Source: Dehalococcoidia bacterium (GTDB lineage: Bacteria; Chloroflexota; Dehalococcoidia; Lucifugimonadales; GCA-2712585). From it: 64,000 nt of DNA. Shown piece by piece: positions 54,387 through 62,991 of this stretch (its first letter is position 1; each line of letters opens with the position of its first letter). The stretch spans positions 502,844 through 566,843 of the forward strand of contig OY762063.1 in assembly GCA_963665075.1 (NCBI GenBank), read 5' to 3'. Position numbers and translations under genes: made by a program. The notes beneath the pieces are model-generated. The model had not been told where the DNA came from. It ran no database searches and saw only the letters and a program-made list of their open reading frames with translations.

Positions 54387-55802
54387 ATGCCCAACAAACA
54401 AATCGCCCTCATGGCCCACCTCATGCGACGCGCCGGCTTCGGCGCCGACCGCGACGAACTCGAACGCCGCGTCGCCAAGGGCTACGAGGCCACCGTCGAA
54501 GAACTCCTCGACCCCCAGGCCCACGGCATCCCCGAACTCGACACCGACGAACTCTTCCGCATGACCCCCGGCTTCAAAGTCCCCGCCAACCCGGAAAACA
54601 TGTCCGGCTACTGGATGTACCGCTTCATCAACACGCCGCGTCCCCTCGAAGAAAAAGTCGCCCTCCTCTGGCACCACGTCTTCGCCACCGGCAACGCCAA
54701 AGTCGCCAGCCCCCTCGAAATGACCCTCCAGATCGACCTCTTCCGCGACATCGGCATGGGCGACTACCGCACCATCCTGCTGGAGTTGTCCAGGAACCCC
54801 GCCATGATCTTCTGGCTCGACAACAACGAGAACCACAAGGACGCCCCCAACGAAAACTGGGGCCGCGAACTCCTCGAACTCTTCTCGATGGGCCAGGGCA
54901 ACTACACCGAGGAGGACGTGAAGGAATGCGCCCGCGCCTTCACCGGCTGGACCATCGGCCCCACCCTCCCCGGCGTCCTCTACAACCGCTTCCCCTGGGA
55001 GTTCAAGTACGACCCCGACGACCACGACGACGGCGAAAAGGTCTTCCTCGGCGAAACCGGCAACTTCAACGGCGAGGACATCATAGACATCATCCTCAAG
55101 CATCCCGCCACGCCCCGCTTCATCGCCCGCCACCTCTACAACTTCTTCGTCGCCGACGAAGTCCAGGTCCCCAGCTGGCTCGACGAGCCGCCCCGTGACC
55201 CGGAGGCCATCGACCTCCTCTCCGAAACCCTCGTCTCCTCCGACTACAACATCCGCGAGACCCTCCGCGTCCTCTTCAATTCCGACTTCTTCAAGGACGA
55301 AAGCGTCTGGTTCGAGAAGGTCAAGAGCCCCACGGAACTAGTCGTCGGCACCATGAGGCTCACCCAGGACTTCAAGAATTACCGCCCCGGATTCTTCGAA
55401 ATCGGCATGGAACCCTCCATCCAGGGCCAGGCCATCCTCAACCCGCCCAGCGTCGAAGGCTGGCACACCGGCCACGAGTGGATTGACAGCGGCGCCCTCC
55501 TCCAGCGCATCAACTTCGCCGCCGACAGAATCGGCGACCCCAACCTCCCCGGCGTGCAGAACATCGTCGACAGACTCTCCCACCAGGGTACCCTCTCCCC
55601 CACCGAACTCGTCGACGGCTGCCTCGACCTTCTCGGCCCCATAACCGTCGCCGAAGGCACCCGCAGCCAGCTTGTCGCCCACGCCGAAACCGAGGGAGAC
55701 CTCCACCGCGGCGATTCGGAAGAAGAGCACGTGGCCTTCGCCAACCGCGTCGCCACCATGCTCAAGCTCATCACCTCCTGCCGCGAATTCCAAATGGCCT
55801 AA
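54387..55802 (+). CDS. DUF1800 domain-containing protein (cassette copy 3)
   Basis: 471 aa. The N-terminus is MPNKQIALMAHLMRRAGFGADRDELERRVAKGYEATVEELLDPQ, and it contains NENWGRELLELFSMGQGNYTEEDVKECARAFTGW, identical to copy 1. Confidence 0.85.
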   Translation: MPNKQIALMAHLMRRAGFGADRDELERRVAKGYEATVEELLDPQAHGIPELDTDELFRMTPGFKVPANPENMSGYWMYRFINTPRPLEEKVALLWHHVFATGNAKVASPLEMTLQIDLFRDIGMGDYRTILLELSRNPAMIFWLDNNENHKDAPNENWGRELLELFSMGQGNYTEEDVKECARAFTGWTIGPTLPGVLYNRFPWEFKYDPDDHDDGEKVFLGETGNFNGEDIIDIILKHPATPRFIARHLYNFFVADEVQVPSWLDEPPRDPEAIDLLSETLVSSDYNIRETLRVLFNSDFFKDESVWFEKVKSPTELVVGTMRLTQDFKNYRPGFFEIGMEPSIQGQAILNPPSVEGWHTGHEWIDSGALLQRINFAADRIGDPNLPGVQNIVDRLSHQGTLSPTELVDGCLDLLGPITVAEGTRSQLVAHAETEGDLHRGDSEEEHVAFANRVATMLKLITSCREFQMA

Positions 55803-55965
55803 CCCCGATGACTCTAAGACCCTTCCCCCATTACCTACATCGTCATTCCGGCGAAAGCCGGAATCCATCCCCTCTTATCCCTTCCCCCCTGATGGGGGAA
55901 GGTTAGGATGGGGGTGACTCCCCGGAACATCCCACCCCACAACTCCACAAACAGGAGAAAAAACC

Positions 55966-56964
55966 TTGCAACCAACAACCGCCCGCGGCCGTAAATTCAG
56001 CTACAGCCACACCCTCGGCAACCTCACCATCTTCCGCTACCCCGTCGACGTCGGACTCGACGCCGACAACAACGTCTACGTGGTCAACCGCGGCCACGAC
56101 GGCGACTGGGTCTTCGGCGTCAACAAGATAACCATCGACGAAGACGAAATCGGTCGTTTCGGCGGCGAAGGCGACACCGACGGACGTTTCCGCTGGCCCA
56201 CCTCCATCGTCATCGACAGCCGGAATCTCGCCTACGTTGCCGACGAATGGCACAACCGCATCTCCATCTTCGACACCACCGTAGACTTCAACGGCGGCGA
56301 CGTGGAAGACGCCAATTTCCTACGAAAGTGGGGCGTCCCCGGCTCCGAACCCGGACAGCTGGACAAGCCCGCCGGCATGGTCCTCGACGCCAACGAAGAC
56401 CTCTACATCACCGAGCAGGGCAACAACCGCGTCTCCAAGTTCACCCGCGAAGGCGATTTCCTGATGACTTTCGGCGGCCCCGGCTCCGGCCCCGGTCAGT
56501 TCAACCGTCCCTGGGGCATTACCATCGACGCCGACGGCAATCTCTACGTCGCCGACTGGAACAACCACCGCATCCAGAAATTCACCGCCGAAGGCGAGTT
56601 CCTGATGACCATCGGCGAACCAGGCTCCGGTGCTGGCAAACTCCGCCGCCCCAGCGACGTTGCCGTCGACGCCGACGGCGACGTCTACGTCACCGACTGG
56701 GGCCAGAGCAAGGTTGAGGTCTATGACGCCAACGGCAGGCATTTGACCACAATCTACGGCGACCACAACAAGCTCTCCCCCCGCAGCCAGAAATACCTGG
56801 AACTGAACACCGTCGACAGCGAAAAGCGCGCCCTCGTCACCGACTTCGACCCCGAGCGCTACTTCAACACCCCCACCGCCGTCGCCATCGACCGCGACGG
56901 ACGCATCATCATCGTCGACAACATCCGCCTCCGCCTCCAAGTCTACCGCAAGGAAATGGCGTAA
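55966..56964 (+). CDS. NHL-repeat six-bladed beta-propeller protein (cassette copy 3a)
   Basis: 332 aa with a TTG start. It has repeated GSGPGQFNRPWGITIDADGNLYVADWNNHRIQKF-type blades. Confidence 0.82.
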   Translation: MQPTTARGRKFSYSHTLGNLTIFRYPVDVGLDADNNVYVVNRGHDGDWVFGVNKITIDEDEIGRFGGEGDTDGRFRWPTSIVIDSRNLAYVADEWHNRISIFDTTVDFNGGDVEDANFLRKWGVPGSEPGQLDKPAGMVLDANEDLYITEQGNNRVSKFTREGDFLMTFGGPGSGPGQFNRPWGITIDADGNLYVADWNNHRIQKFTAEGEFLMTIGEPGSGAGKLRRPSDVAVDADGDVYVTDWGQSKVEVYDANGRHLTTIYGDHNKLSPRSQKYLELNTVDSEKRALVTDFDPERYFNTPTAVAIDRDGRIIIVDNIRLRLQVYRKEMA

Positions 56965-57169
56965 CATGCCCACATCCCAATCCCTTCCCCCTTGACGGGG
57001 AAAGGTTAAAGCCTGTCCCGTGCTTGATACGGGGATGGGGGTGATTTCCCCCCACCTGTCATTCTGAGGAGGCCCCGCGACGAAGAATCCCGCCCCCATT
57101 CGCGCCCAACGCCATCCCTTGTAGAGCCGGATTCCAAACCCGCCCGCCACCCCACATAGGAGACGCACC

Positions 57170-58231
57170 CTGCAACCCATAACCGCCCGCGGCAGAGAAT
57201 TCACCTACAGCCACACCATCGGCAACGCCGCCGTCTTCAACTACCCCGTGCACCTCTGCCTCGACTCTGACAACATCCTCTACGTCGTCAACCGCGGCCA
57301 CGACGGCGAGTGGATCTTCGGCATCAACAAGATCACCGTTGACGAAACCGAAATCGGCAAGTTCGGCGGCTACGGCGAAACCGGCGGTCGCTTCATCTGG
57401 CCCACCGCCATCGCCGTCGACAGCCACGGCCTCGCCTACGTCGCCGACGAGTGGCTCCACCGAATCTCCATCTTCGACGCCACCGTAGATTTCAACGGCG
57501 CCGACATCGAAGAAAGAAACTTCCTCCGCAAGTGGGGCGTCCCCGGCCCCAAACCCGGACAGCTCGGCGCGCCCTCGGGACTTGTCCTGGACTCCAACCA
57601 GGACCTCTATATATCCGAGCAAGCCAACAACCGCGTCTCCAAATTCACCCGCGACGGTAAGCATCTTCTCACCTTCGGCGGTCCCGGCTCAGCCCCCGGC
57701 GAATTCGACAAGCCCTGGGGCATAACAGTCGATAGACACGACAACGTCTACGTCGCCGACTGGAACAACGACCGCATCCAGAAGTTCACCCCCGAAGGCG
57801 AGCACCTGCAAACCATCGGCCAACCCGGCATCGGCCCCGCCAGGCTCCACCGCCCCAGCGACGTTGCCGTAGACTCCGACGGCGACGTATACGTCTGCGA
57901 TTGGGGCCAGGACAAGGTCGAAGTCTACGACGCCGACGGCGTCCACCTCACCACCCTGTTTGGCGACTCCGAAGAACTCTCCCCCCGCGGCGTCAAATAC
58001 CTCGAACTCAACATCGCCGACCTCGAAAAGCGCCGTCTTGTAACCAACTTCGAACCCGAATACCGCTTCACCCTACCCACCGGCATCGAAGTCGACGACG
58101 AAGGCCGCGTCTACGTCGTCGACAACATCCGCTTCCGCCTCCAGGTCTACCGCAAGCAAACCATCCAATCCCTAGCCTGCTCACTCACAACATTCCCTCG
58201 CTCACCCTCAACATCCTCCCGCTCACCCTGA
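57170..58231 (+). CDS. NHL-repeat six-bladed beta-propeller protein (cassette copy 3b), probably with a non-canonical CTG start
   Basis: The ORF track gives 57248-58231. However, in-frame upstream codons (CTG CAA CCC ATA ACC GCC CGC GGC AGA GAA TTC ACC TAC AGC CAC ACC) encode LQPITARGREFTYSHT, which aligns with MQPTTARGRKFSYSHT of copy 3a. AGGAGA lies 8 nt upstream of the CTG at 57170. Confidence 0.65.
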   Translation: MQPITARGREFTYSHTIGNAAVFNYPVHLCLDSDNILYVVNRGHDGEWIFGINKITVDETEIGKFGGYGETGGRFIWPTAIAVDSHGLAYVADEWLHRISIFDATVDFNGADIEERNFLRKWGVPGPKPGQLGAPSGLVLDSNQDLYISEQANNRVSKFTRDGKHLLTFGGPGSAPGEFDKPWGITVDRHDNVYVADWNNDRIQKFTPEGEHLQTIGQPGIGPARLHRPSDVAVDSDGDVYVCDWGQDKVEVYDADGVHLTTLFGDSEELSPRGVKYLELNIADLEKRRLVTNFEPEYRFTLPTGIEVDDEGRVYVVDNIRFRLQVYRKQTIQSLACSLTTFPRSPSTSSRSP

Positions 58232-58352
58232 GCTTGTCGAAGGGTCGAGCGGGGCGGCACCCCTTCATGTCATTTCCGTAACCCCCTCCGTCATTCCCGC
58301 GAAGGCGGGAATCCAGAAAAGCCAAATAACCTAATACAGCAGGAATAACCCC

Positions 58353-59129
58353 ATGAACATCGAATTCACCAACAAAACCGCCCTCGTCACAGGCGCCGCT
58401 CACGGCATCGGTCGCGCCATCGTCGACGGCCTCGCCTCCAACGGCGCCCGCGTCTGGGCCTGCGACATACTTCCCGAAGCCCTCCAACAAACCGTCGACG
58501 CCGCCAAACCCCAAAACGGCGGCGCCGTCCACTCCTCCATCACAGACGTTTCCGACGCCGCGGCAGTCTCCGCCCTCGTCGAAAAAGCCTCCGCCCGCAC
58601 AGGACGCGTCGACATCCTCGTCCACGTCGCCGGCGGCACCGTCGGACAAGCCGGACAACCCATCGAAGCCGTCACCCAAGAGCAGTGGCAGACCATCTTC
58701 GACGTGAACCTCAAAGGCGCTTTCCTATGCTCCCAGTCCGTCGCGCCTGGCATGAAGCAAGCCGGTTCAGGAAGAATCCTCATCATCTCCAGCGGCGCCG
58801 GCCTCGGCGTCAGCTTAACAGGAATCCAGGCCTACGCCTCCGCCAAAGCCGGACAAATCGGCCTTGTCCGCCAGCTCGCCCACGAACTCGGCCCCTTCGG
58901 CATCACCGTCAACAGCGTCGCCCCCGGCTTCATCCGCTCCAACCCCACCAGCGAAAAGCAATGGCATGCAATGGGCGCGGAAGGCCAGCAGCGGCTCATG
59001 GACAGCGTCCCCATCAAACGCCCCGGACGCGCCGACGACATCGCCCACGCCGTCATGTTCCTAGTCTCCGACTACGCCGGCTGGATAAGCGGCCAGACCC
59101 TCTCCGTCAACGGCGGCCCCCGCCGCTAA
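58353..59129 (+). CDS. SDR-family oxidoreductase (FabG-like)
   Basis: 258 aa. It contains TGAAHGIGRAI (TGxxxGIG), NLKG, and the YASAKAG catalytic YxxxK. Confidence 0.9.
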   Translation: MNIEFTNKTALVTGAAHGIGRAIVDGLASNGARVWACDILPEALQQTVDAAKPQNGGAVHSSITDVSDAAAVSALVEKASARTGRVDILVHVAGGTVGQAGQPIEAVTQEQWQTIFDVNLKGAFLCSQSVAPGMKQAGSGRILIISSGAGLGVSLTGIQAYASAKAGQIGLVRQLAHELGPFGITVNSVAPGFIRSNPTSEKQWHAMGAEGQQRLMDSVPIKRPGRADDIAHAVMFLVSDYAGWISGQTLSVNGGPRR

Positions 59130-59132
59130 CCC

Positions 59133-60278
59133 CTACCCAAACAACGCCGCTATCCGCTCCCCCACCACCTTCTCCTCCCCGTCCCGTAGCCCGAACATGT
59201 GGATGGCAATGAAATCCTCCCCCTCCTTCACCCGCGTCCACACCGGCGGCTCCCCCTCCTTCAACCGCGCCACCACGTCCTCATTCGTCATCCCCGCCAC
59301 CGACGGGTCCACGTTCAACTTCACACCAAACGGCTGATGCCCGATTACATTATCCATAATCTCCGCCTCCAACCCCACAATCCCCGATAGAGGCGCCAAA
59401 ACCGTCCGGCTCATCCGCTCCGCCTTCGCCAGCCTGTCCTCGTGATTCATCGTCATCCAGTGCCGAACCGCCGCCACCGCCCCCACAATCTCCTGCCGGT
59501 CCACCTTCTGCGGACGACCCACCCCCCGAATCCGCCGTCCCTCGTACCCCACGAACGACTGCAACGACAGCTTCCGCATGAAATCCTCCGACCCCAACGC
59601 CAGCCCCACCGACTGCGACGCCCCAAGGTACTTCGCCGCGATGCACTGGAACGAAGCCCCCATCCGCACGTACTTCCCGAAATTCTCCAACGGGTAGATC
59701 TGCCCCGCCGCGTCCACCAGCACCGGCAGCCCGTGCGCCTCCGCCACCTCCACCGTCTCCTCCAGCGAAAGCTCATGCGGGTCCGGCGCCTGCTCCATCG
59801 CCACGTAATGCACCGCCGCCGTGTTCTCCCCTATCGCCCCCTCCAAGTCAGCCCTCGTCGTCCCCTCTTCAGTTCCGAAATCCACCAACTTCGCCCCCGC
59901 CAACTCCAGGCACCGGTCGTACCAGTACCGATGCCGACGCTGAATCAGAATCTCGTCCTTCATCCCCTCCGTGTTCGGAAGCATCTGAATCTTTTCGTCG
60001 TCGTCCCCCGCCAACACCGCCGCCGTTGCCAGCGTCAACGCCGAACCCGCCCCCGACGTAACATACGCCGCCGGCACGTTCGCCATCTTCGCGATAACTT
60101 CCCCCGCCTTCTCCTCCAATTCCATCAACGGAATATACGCGTCGTCCGCCCGCTCCATCGCCTCCTTCACTTCCGGAATCGGCGTCGATCCCCCCAACAG
60201 CGTCACGCTCCCGATTGCGTTGATCACCGGCCTCGCCCCAAGCTCCTTGTAGATGCTGCCCCAATCCTGCTCTGTCAT
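59133..60278 (-). CDS. SelA-like / DgaE-like PLP-dependent enzyme (fold type I)
   Basis: It begins MTEQDWGSIYKELGARPVINAIGSVTLLGGSTPIPEVKEAM and has an internal AAKYLGASQSVG. The start at 60278 follows the SD AAGGAG; the ORF track start is 60377. The family call is from recall of SelA-related sequences. Confidence 0.65.
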   Translation of the reverse strand: MTEQDWGSIYKELGARPVINAIGSVTLLGGSTPIPEVKEAMERADDAYIPLMELEEKAGEVIAKMANVPAAYVTSGAGSALTLATAAVLAGDDDEKIQMLPNTEGMKDEILIQRRHRYWYDRCLELAGAKLVDFGTEEGTTRADLEGAIGENTAAVHYVAMEQAPDPHELSLEETVEVAEAHGLPVLVDAAGQIYPLENFGKYVRMGASFQCIAAKYLGASQSVGLALGSEDFMRKLSLQSFVGYEGRRIRGVGRPQKVDRQEIVGAVAAVRHWMTMNHEDRLAKAERMSRTVLAPLSGIVGLEAEIMDNVIGHQPFGVKLNVDPSVAGMTNEDVVARLKEGEPPVWTRVKEGEDFIAIHMFGLRDGEEKVVGERIAALFG

Positions 60279-60434
60279 GCTTCGCTCCTTAACTTCCGTC
60301 TTGATACGAATGATATATCCTACCCGCCCCCAGTACAAGATTGAGCAGCGAGGCAGACCGAAGATCAAACACGCCAACCTCTATGAAGCATGGAACGACC
60401 CTATACGATATAATATCCCCATTGGTGAGAAACA

Positions 60435-60806
60435 ATGGTCACACCCGTCGTCACATATCGAGAAGCTTCCCGCCAACTATTGGCCCAGGCCCGCGCCGAA
60501 TTAGACGCCGGCGACCTGCGCCAAGCGTCCGATAAGGCCTGGGGCGCCGCCGCCCAGATAGTAAAGGCCGCCGCCCAGATTCGCGGCTGGGACCACTACT
60601 ACCACCGCGGCCTGTACGTAACCGTCGATAGATTAACGGACGAGGTGGGAGACGAGGAGATCCACGCCCTATTCTCCTACCCAAACTACCTGCACACGAA
60701 CTTCTACGAAAACAGCTTTCGAGCCCGCAGAGTCGCCCGCTACATCGCCCTCACCGAACAATTTATCTCCAAGATAGAAGCCATCCTCGACGCCCCAACC
60801 CCGTAG
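60435..60806 (+). CDS. PaREP1-like (HEPN-superfamily-related) small protein
   Basis: 123 aa. It contains ASDKAWGAAAQIVKAAAQIRGWDHYYHRGLYVTVDRL...ALFSYPNYLHTNFYEN, which resembles the PaREP1 pattern (EK.WGA...A....GW.H.SH..L...V..L......A..LH.NFYE). The call is from memory only. Confidence 0.5.
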   Translation: MVTPVVTYREASRQLLAQARAELDAGDLRQASDKAWGAAAQIVKAAAQIRGWDHYYHRGLYVTVDRLTDEVGDEEIHALFSYPNYLHTNFYENSFRARRVARYIALTEQFISKIEAILDAPTP

Positions 60807-60976
60807 TTCCCTCCCTTCCCCCTCTAACCCCCTCGTCATTCCGACGAAAGCCGGAATCCAGTCCCCGTCTCACGTAGGGACGACCCTTCTGGACGTCCGC
60901 TCACCCTCACATCCCCTCCCCGCTCACCCTGAGCCTGTCCTGAGCTTGTCGAAGGGTCGAGCGCCCGCTCCCCCAC

Positions 60977-61861
60977 CTAGCCCAGCCTCACAAACTTCTG
61001 CACCCGCTGCTCCCAGCACACCGCCATGTAAATATCCCCGTGCGAGTCCACCCAAATCTGATGCCCATAGACCGTGTCGAACCGCGCCTGCACCTCCCCC
61101 GCCTTGTCCAACACCGTAATCCGAGGAGACTCCCCATCCGTCCCGCCCTCGTGCACGAACACATTCTCATCGCCGTCCATGCAGATGTCCACCGGCTCGG
61201 TGAGGCCCTCCCACTGGCTGACGAACTCCCCCTCCGGCGAGAATATCTGCACTCGCTGGTTCTTCCTGTCGCACACGTACACCAACCCCTCCGAATCCAC
61301 CCAAAGACTGTGCGGCAGATGAAACTCCCCTGGCGCTTCCTTCCCCGGCTCGCCCCACGACGAAACCAATTCGCCCCCACTGGAAAACCGGTGCACCCGC
61401 GCGTTACGGTATCCGTCGGAAACGTAAATATCCCCCGATGGCGCACGAAACATCCGCGTCGGCATGTTGAAAGGCTCCGCCGCCCTCTTTGGGAAACCCC
61501 CGATCTCCGTCAATCCCGTATTCGAAGGATAACCCTTCCTCCCCAACTCCAACAGCCGCTCCCCGTTCAGCTTCAGCCGCAAAGCCTGGTGCGCGCCCCG
61601 GTCCACCAGATACATCGAATCGTCCGGCGCGATGGTCATTATATGCCCCTCGTTAATCTCGCCCTCCCCCCACGAGCAGATATAGTTCCCCTCCCGATCG
61701 AACACGATTATCGGCGGCTCCTGCCGCTGGTGACACACGTACACCCTGTCCCGCGAGTCCACCGCCACGCCCACCAGAATCCCGAACTGCCACCCCTCAG
61801 GCAGCTTCGCCCAATCCTCGATTATCCGATACCGGTACTCGCCGCTGCCTACCGTATTCAT
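60977..61861 (-). CDS. NHL-repeat beta-propeller protein of the peptidyl-alpha-hydroxyglycine lyase-like type (distinct from the cassette NHL genes)
   Basis: 294 aa. It contains YRIIEDWAKLPEGW.FG...GVAVDS.DRVYV and repeated F..PH...VDS.G.(V/I)YV.DR.N.R(V/I)Q.F blades. Confidence 0.8.
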   Translation of the reverse strand: MNTVGSGEYRYRIIEDWAKLPEGWQFGILVGVAVDSRDRVYVCHQRQEPPIIVFDREGNYICSWGEGEINEGHIMTIAPDDSMYLVDRGAHQALRLKLNGERLLELGRKGYPSNTGLTEIGGFPKRAAEPFNMPTRMFRAPSGDIYVSDGYRNARVHRFSSGGELVSSWGEPGKEAPGEFHLPHSLWVDSEGLVYVCDRKNQRVQIFSPEGEFVSQWEGLTEPVDICMDGDENVFVHEGGTDGESPRITVLDKAGEVQARFDTVYGHQIWVDSHGDIYMAVCWEQRVQKFVRLG

Positions 61862-61894
61862 AGACTCCGCTCCTGCTGAACTGCTGAAGGACTG

Positions 61895-62455
61895 CTATCT
61901 GGCCAAGTACGGATACCCGAACCGGCCCATGTGGGCGATAGCCGACATCGGCTTCCGCTTCCTGTTCCGACCCCTGACCGAATCCAGCCGGTATCCGAAG
62001 GGAAGCACGGTGATGAGATCGAAGTCCATCGGCACTCCCAACATCTGCTTCACCCGCAACGCCGCCCCCTGATCCCGGAAGCCCACGAAGCAGGTGCCAA
62101 GCCCCAGCGACCACGCCATTATCTCCATCTGCTGAATCGCCCTGCCCGCGTCCAGGTCCGGCCGTTCCGCGTCCCGCATGAACACCGCAATCGCCATCGG
62201 CGCGTCCGCAATGAACGGCCCGCTCGTCGCGATTTCCCCAATCTCCTTCAACATCCCTGAGTCCGTAATCACCACGAATTGCCACGGCTGACGATTCCTC
62301 GAACTCGGCGCCCCCCGGCCCGCCTGCAATATCTTCGTCGTCACGTCGATGGACACCCTGTCCGGCTTGAACTCCCTGATAGTCAATCGCGTGTCTAGAC
62401 ACTCGTTAACGTCCATGCCTGCCTCCTCCATTAAGCCCTTGACTCGATGTAGCAT
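61895..62455 (-). CDS. Nitroreductase family protein
   Basis: 186 aa. It contains TRLTIREFKPD...IL.AGR.APSSRN.QPW.FVVI, typical of the nitroreductase fold. Confidence 0.85.
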   Translation of the reverse strand: MLHRVKGLMEEAGMDVNECLDTRLTIREFKPDRVSIDVTTKILQAGRGAPSSRNRQPWQFVVITDSGMLKEIGEIATSGPFIADAPMAIAVFMRDAERPDLDAGRAIQQMEIMAWSLGLGTCFVGFRDQGAALRVKQMLGVPMDFDLITVLPFGYRLDSVRGRNRKRKPMSAIAHMGRFGYPYLAR

Positions 62456-62589
62456 CGAATCGATGTTGATTACGTTAACTATAATGCGTCATACACCCCT
62501 CGGACAATCCCAACGAATACCCCACTTTCCCCAATTTCCCACCCTGAACAACCCATACTCCCACCCCTCTCTAGCTCCCGTTTCTCTTT

Positions 62590-62885
62590 CTCTTGCTCCC
62601 GCGAAAGCGGGATCCCATTCCCTCCGCTCACCCCCAGCCTGTCCTGAGCCTGTCGAAGGGCCTGTCGAAGGGGCGAGCGTCCCCCTCTCCTCTTCTCCCT
62701 TCCCCCTCAGCCCACTCCCGTCATTCCGGCGAAAGCCGGAATCCATCCCCTCCGCTCACCCTGAGCCTGTCGAAGGGTCAAGCGTCCACTTCCGTCATTC
62801 CCGCACAGGGAATCCATTGCGTAACCCCCCAAGGGCATTGATTAGCCTCTTCTCCCTTGATGGGGGAAGATTGAGATGGGGGTGA
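62590..62885 (+). repeat. Intergenic mosaic of palindromic repeats (a CTCCCGCGAAAGCGGGA hairpin and families B, A, B, A, C)
   Basis: Read directly. It includes CGCTCACCCCCAGCCTGTCCTGAGCCTGTCGAAGGGCCTGTCGAAGGGGCGAGCG, GTCATTCCGGCGAAAGCCGGAATCC, CGCTCACCCTGAGCCTGTCGAAGGGTCAAGCG and CTTCTCCCTTGATGGGGGAAGATTGAGATGGGGGTGA. Confidence 0.9.
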
Positions 62886-62991
62886 TCCCTCCCCCCAACC
62901 AAACCCCATCCCCTCCCAGTTATGTAAAACCCCCATAGCCATCCCGTCCCCTTCTATGGTAAAGTGTCCCCAACCAAACAGGGAGGGCGTC

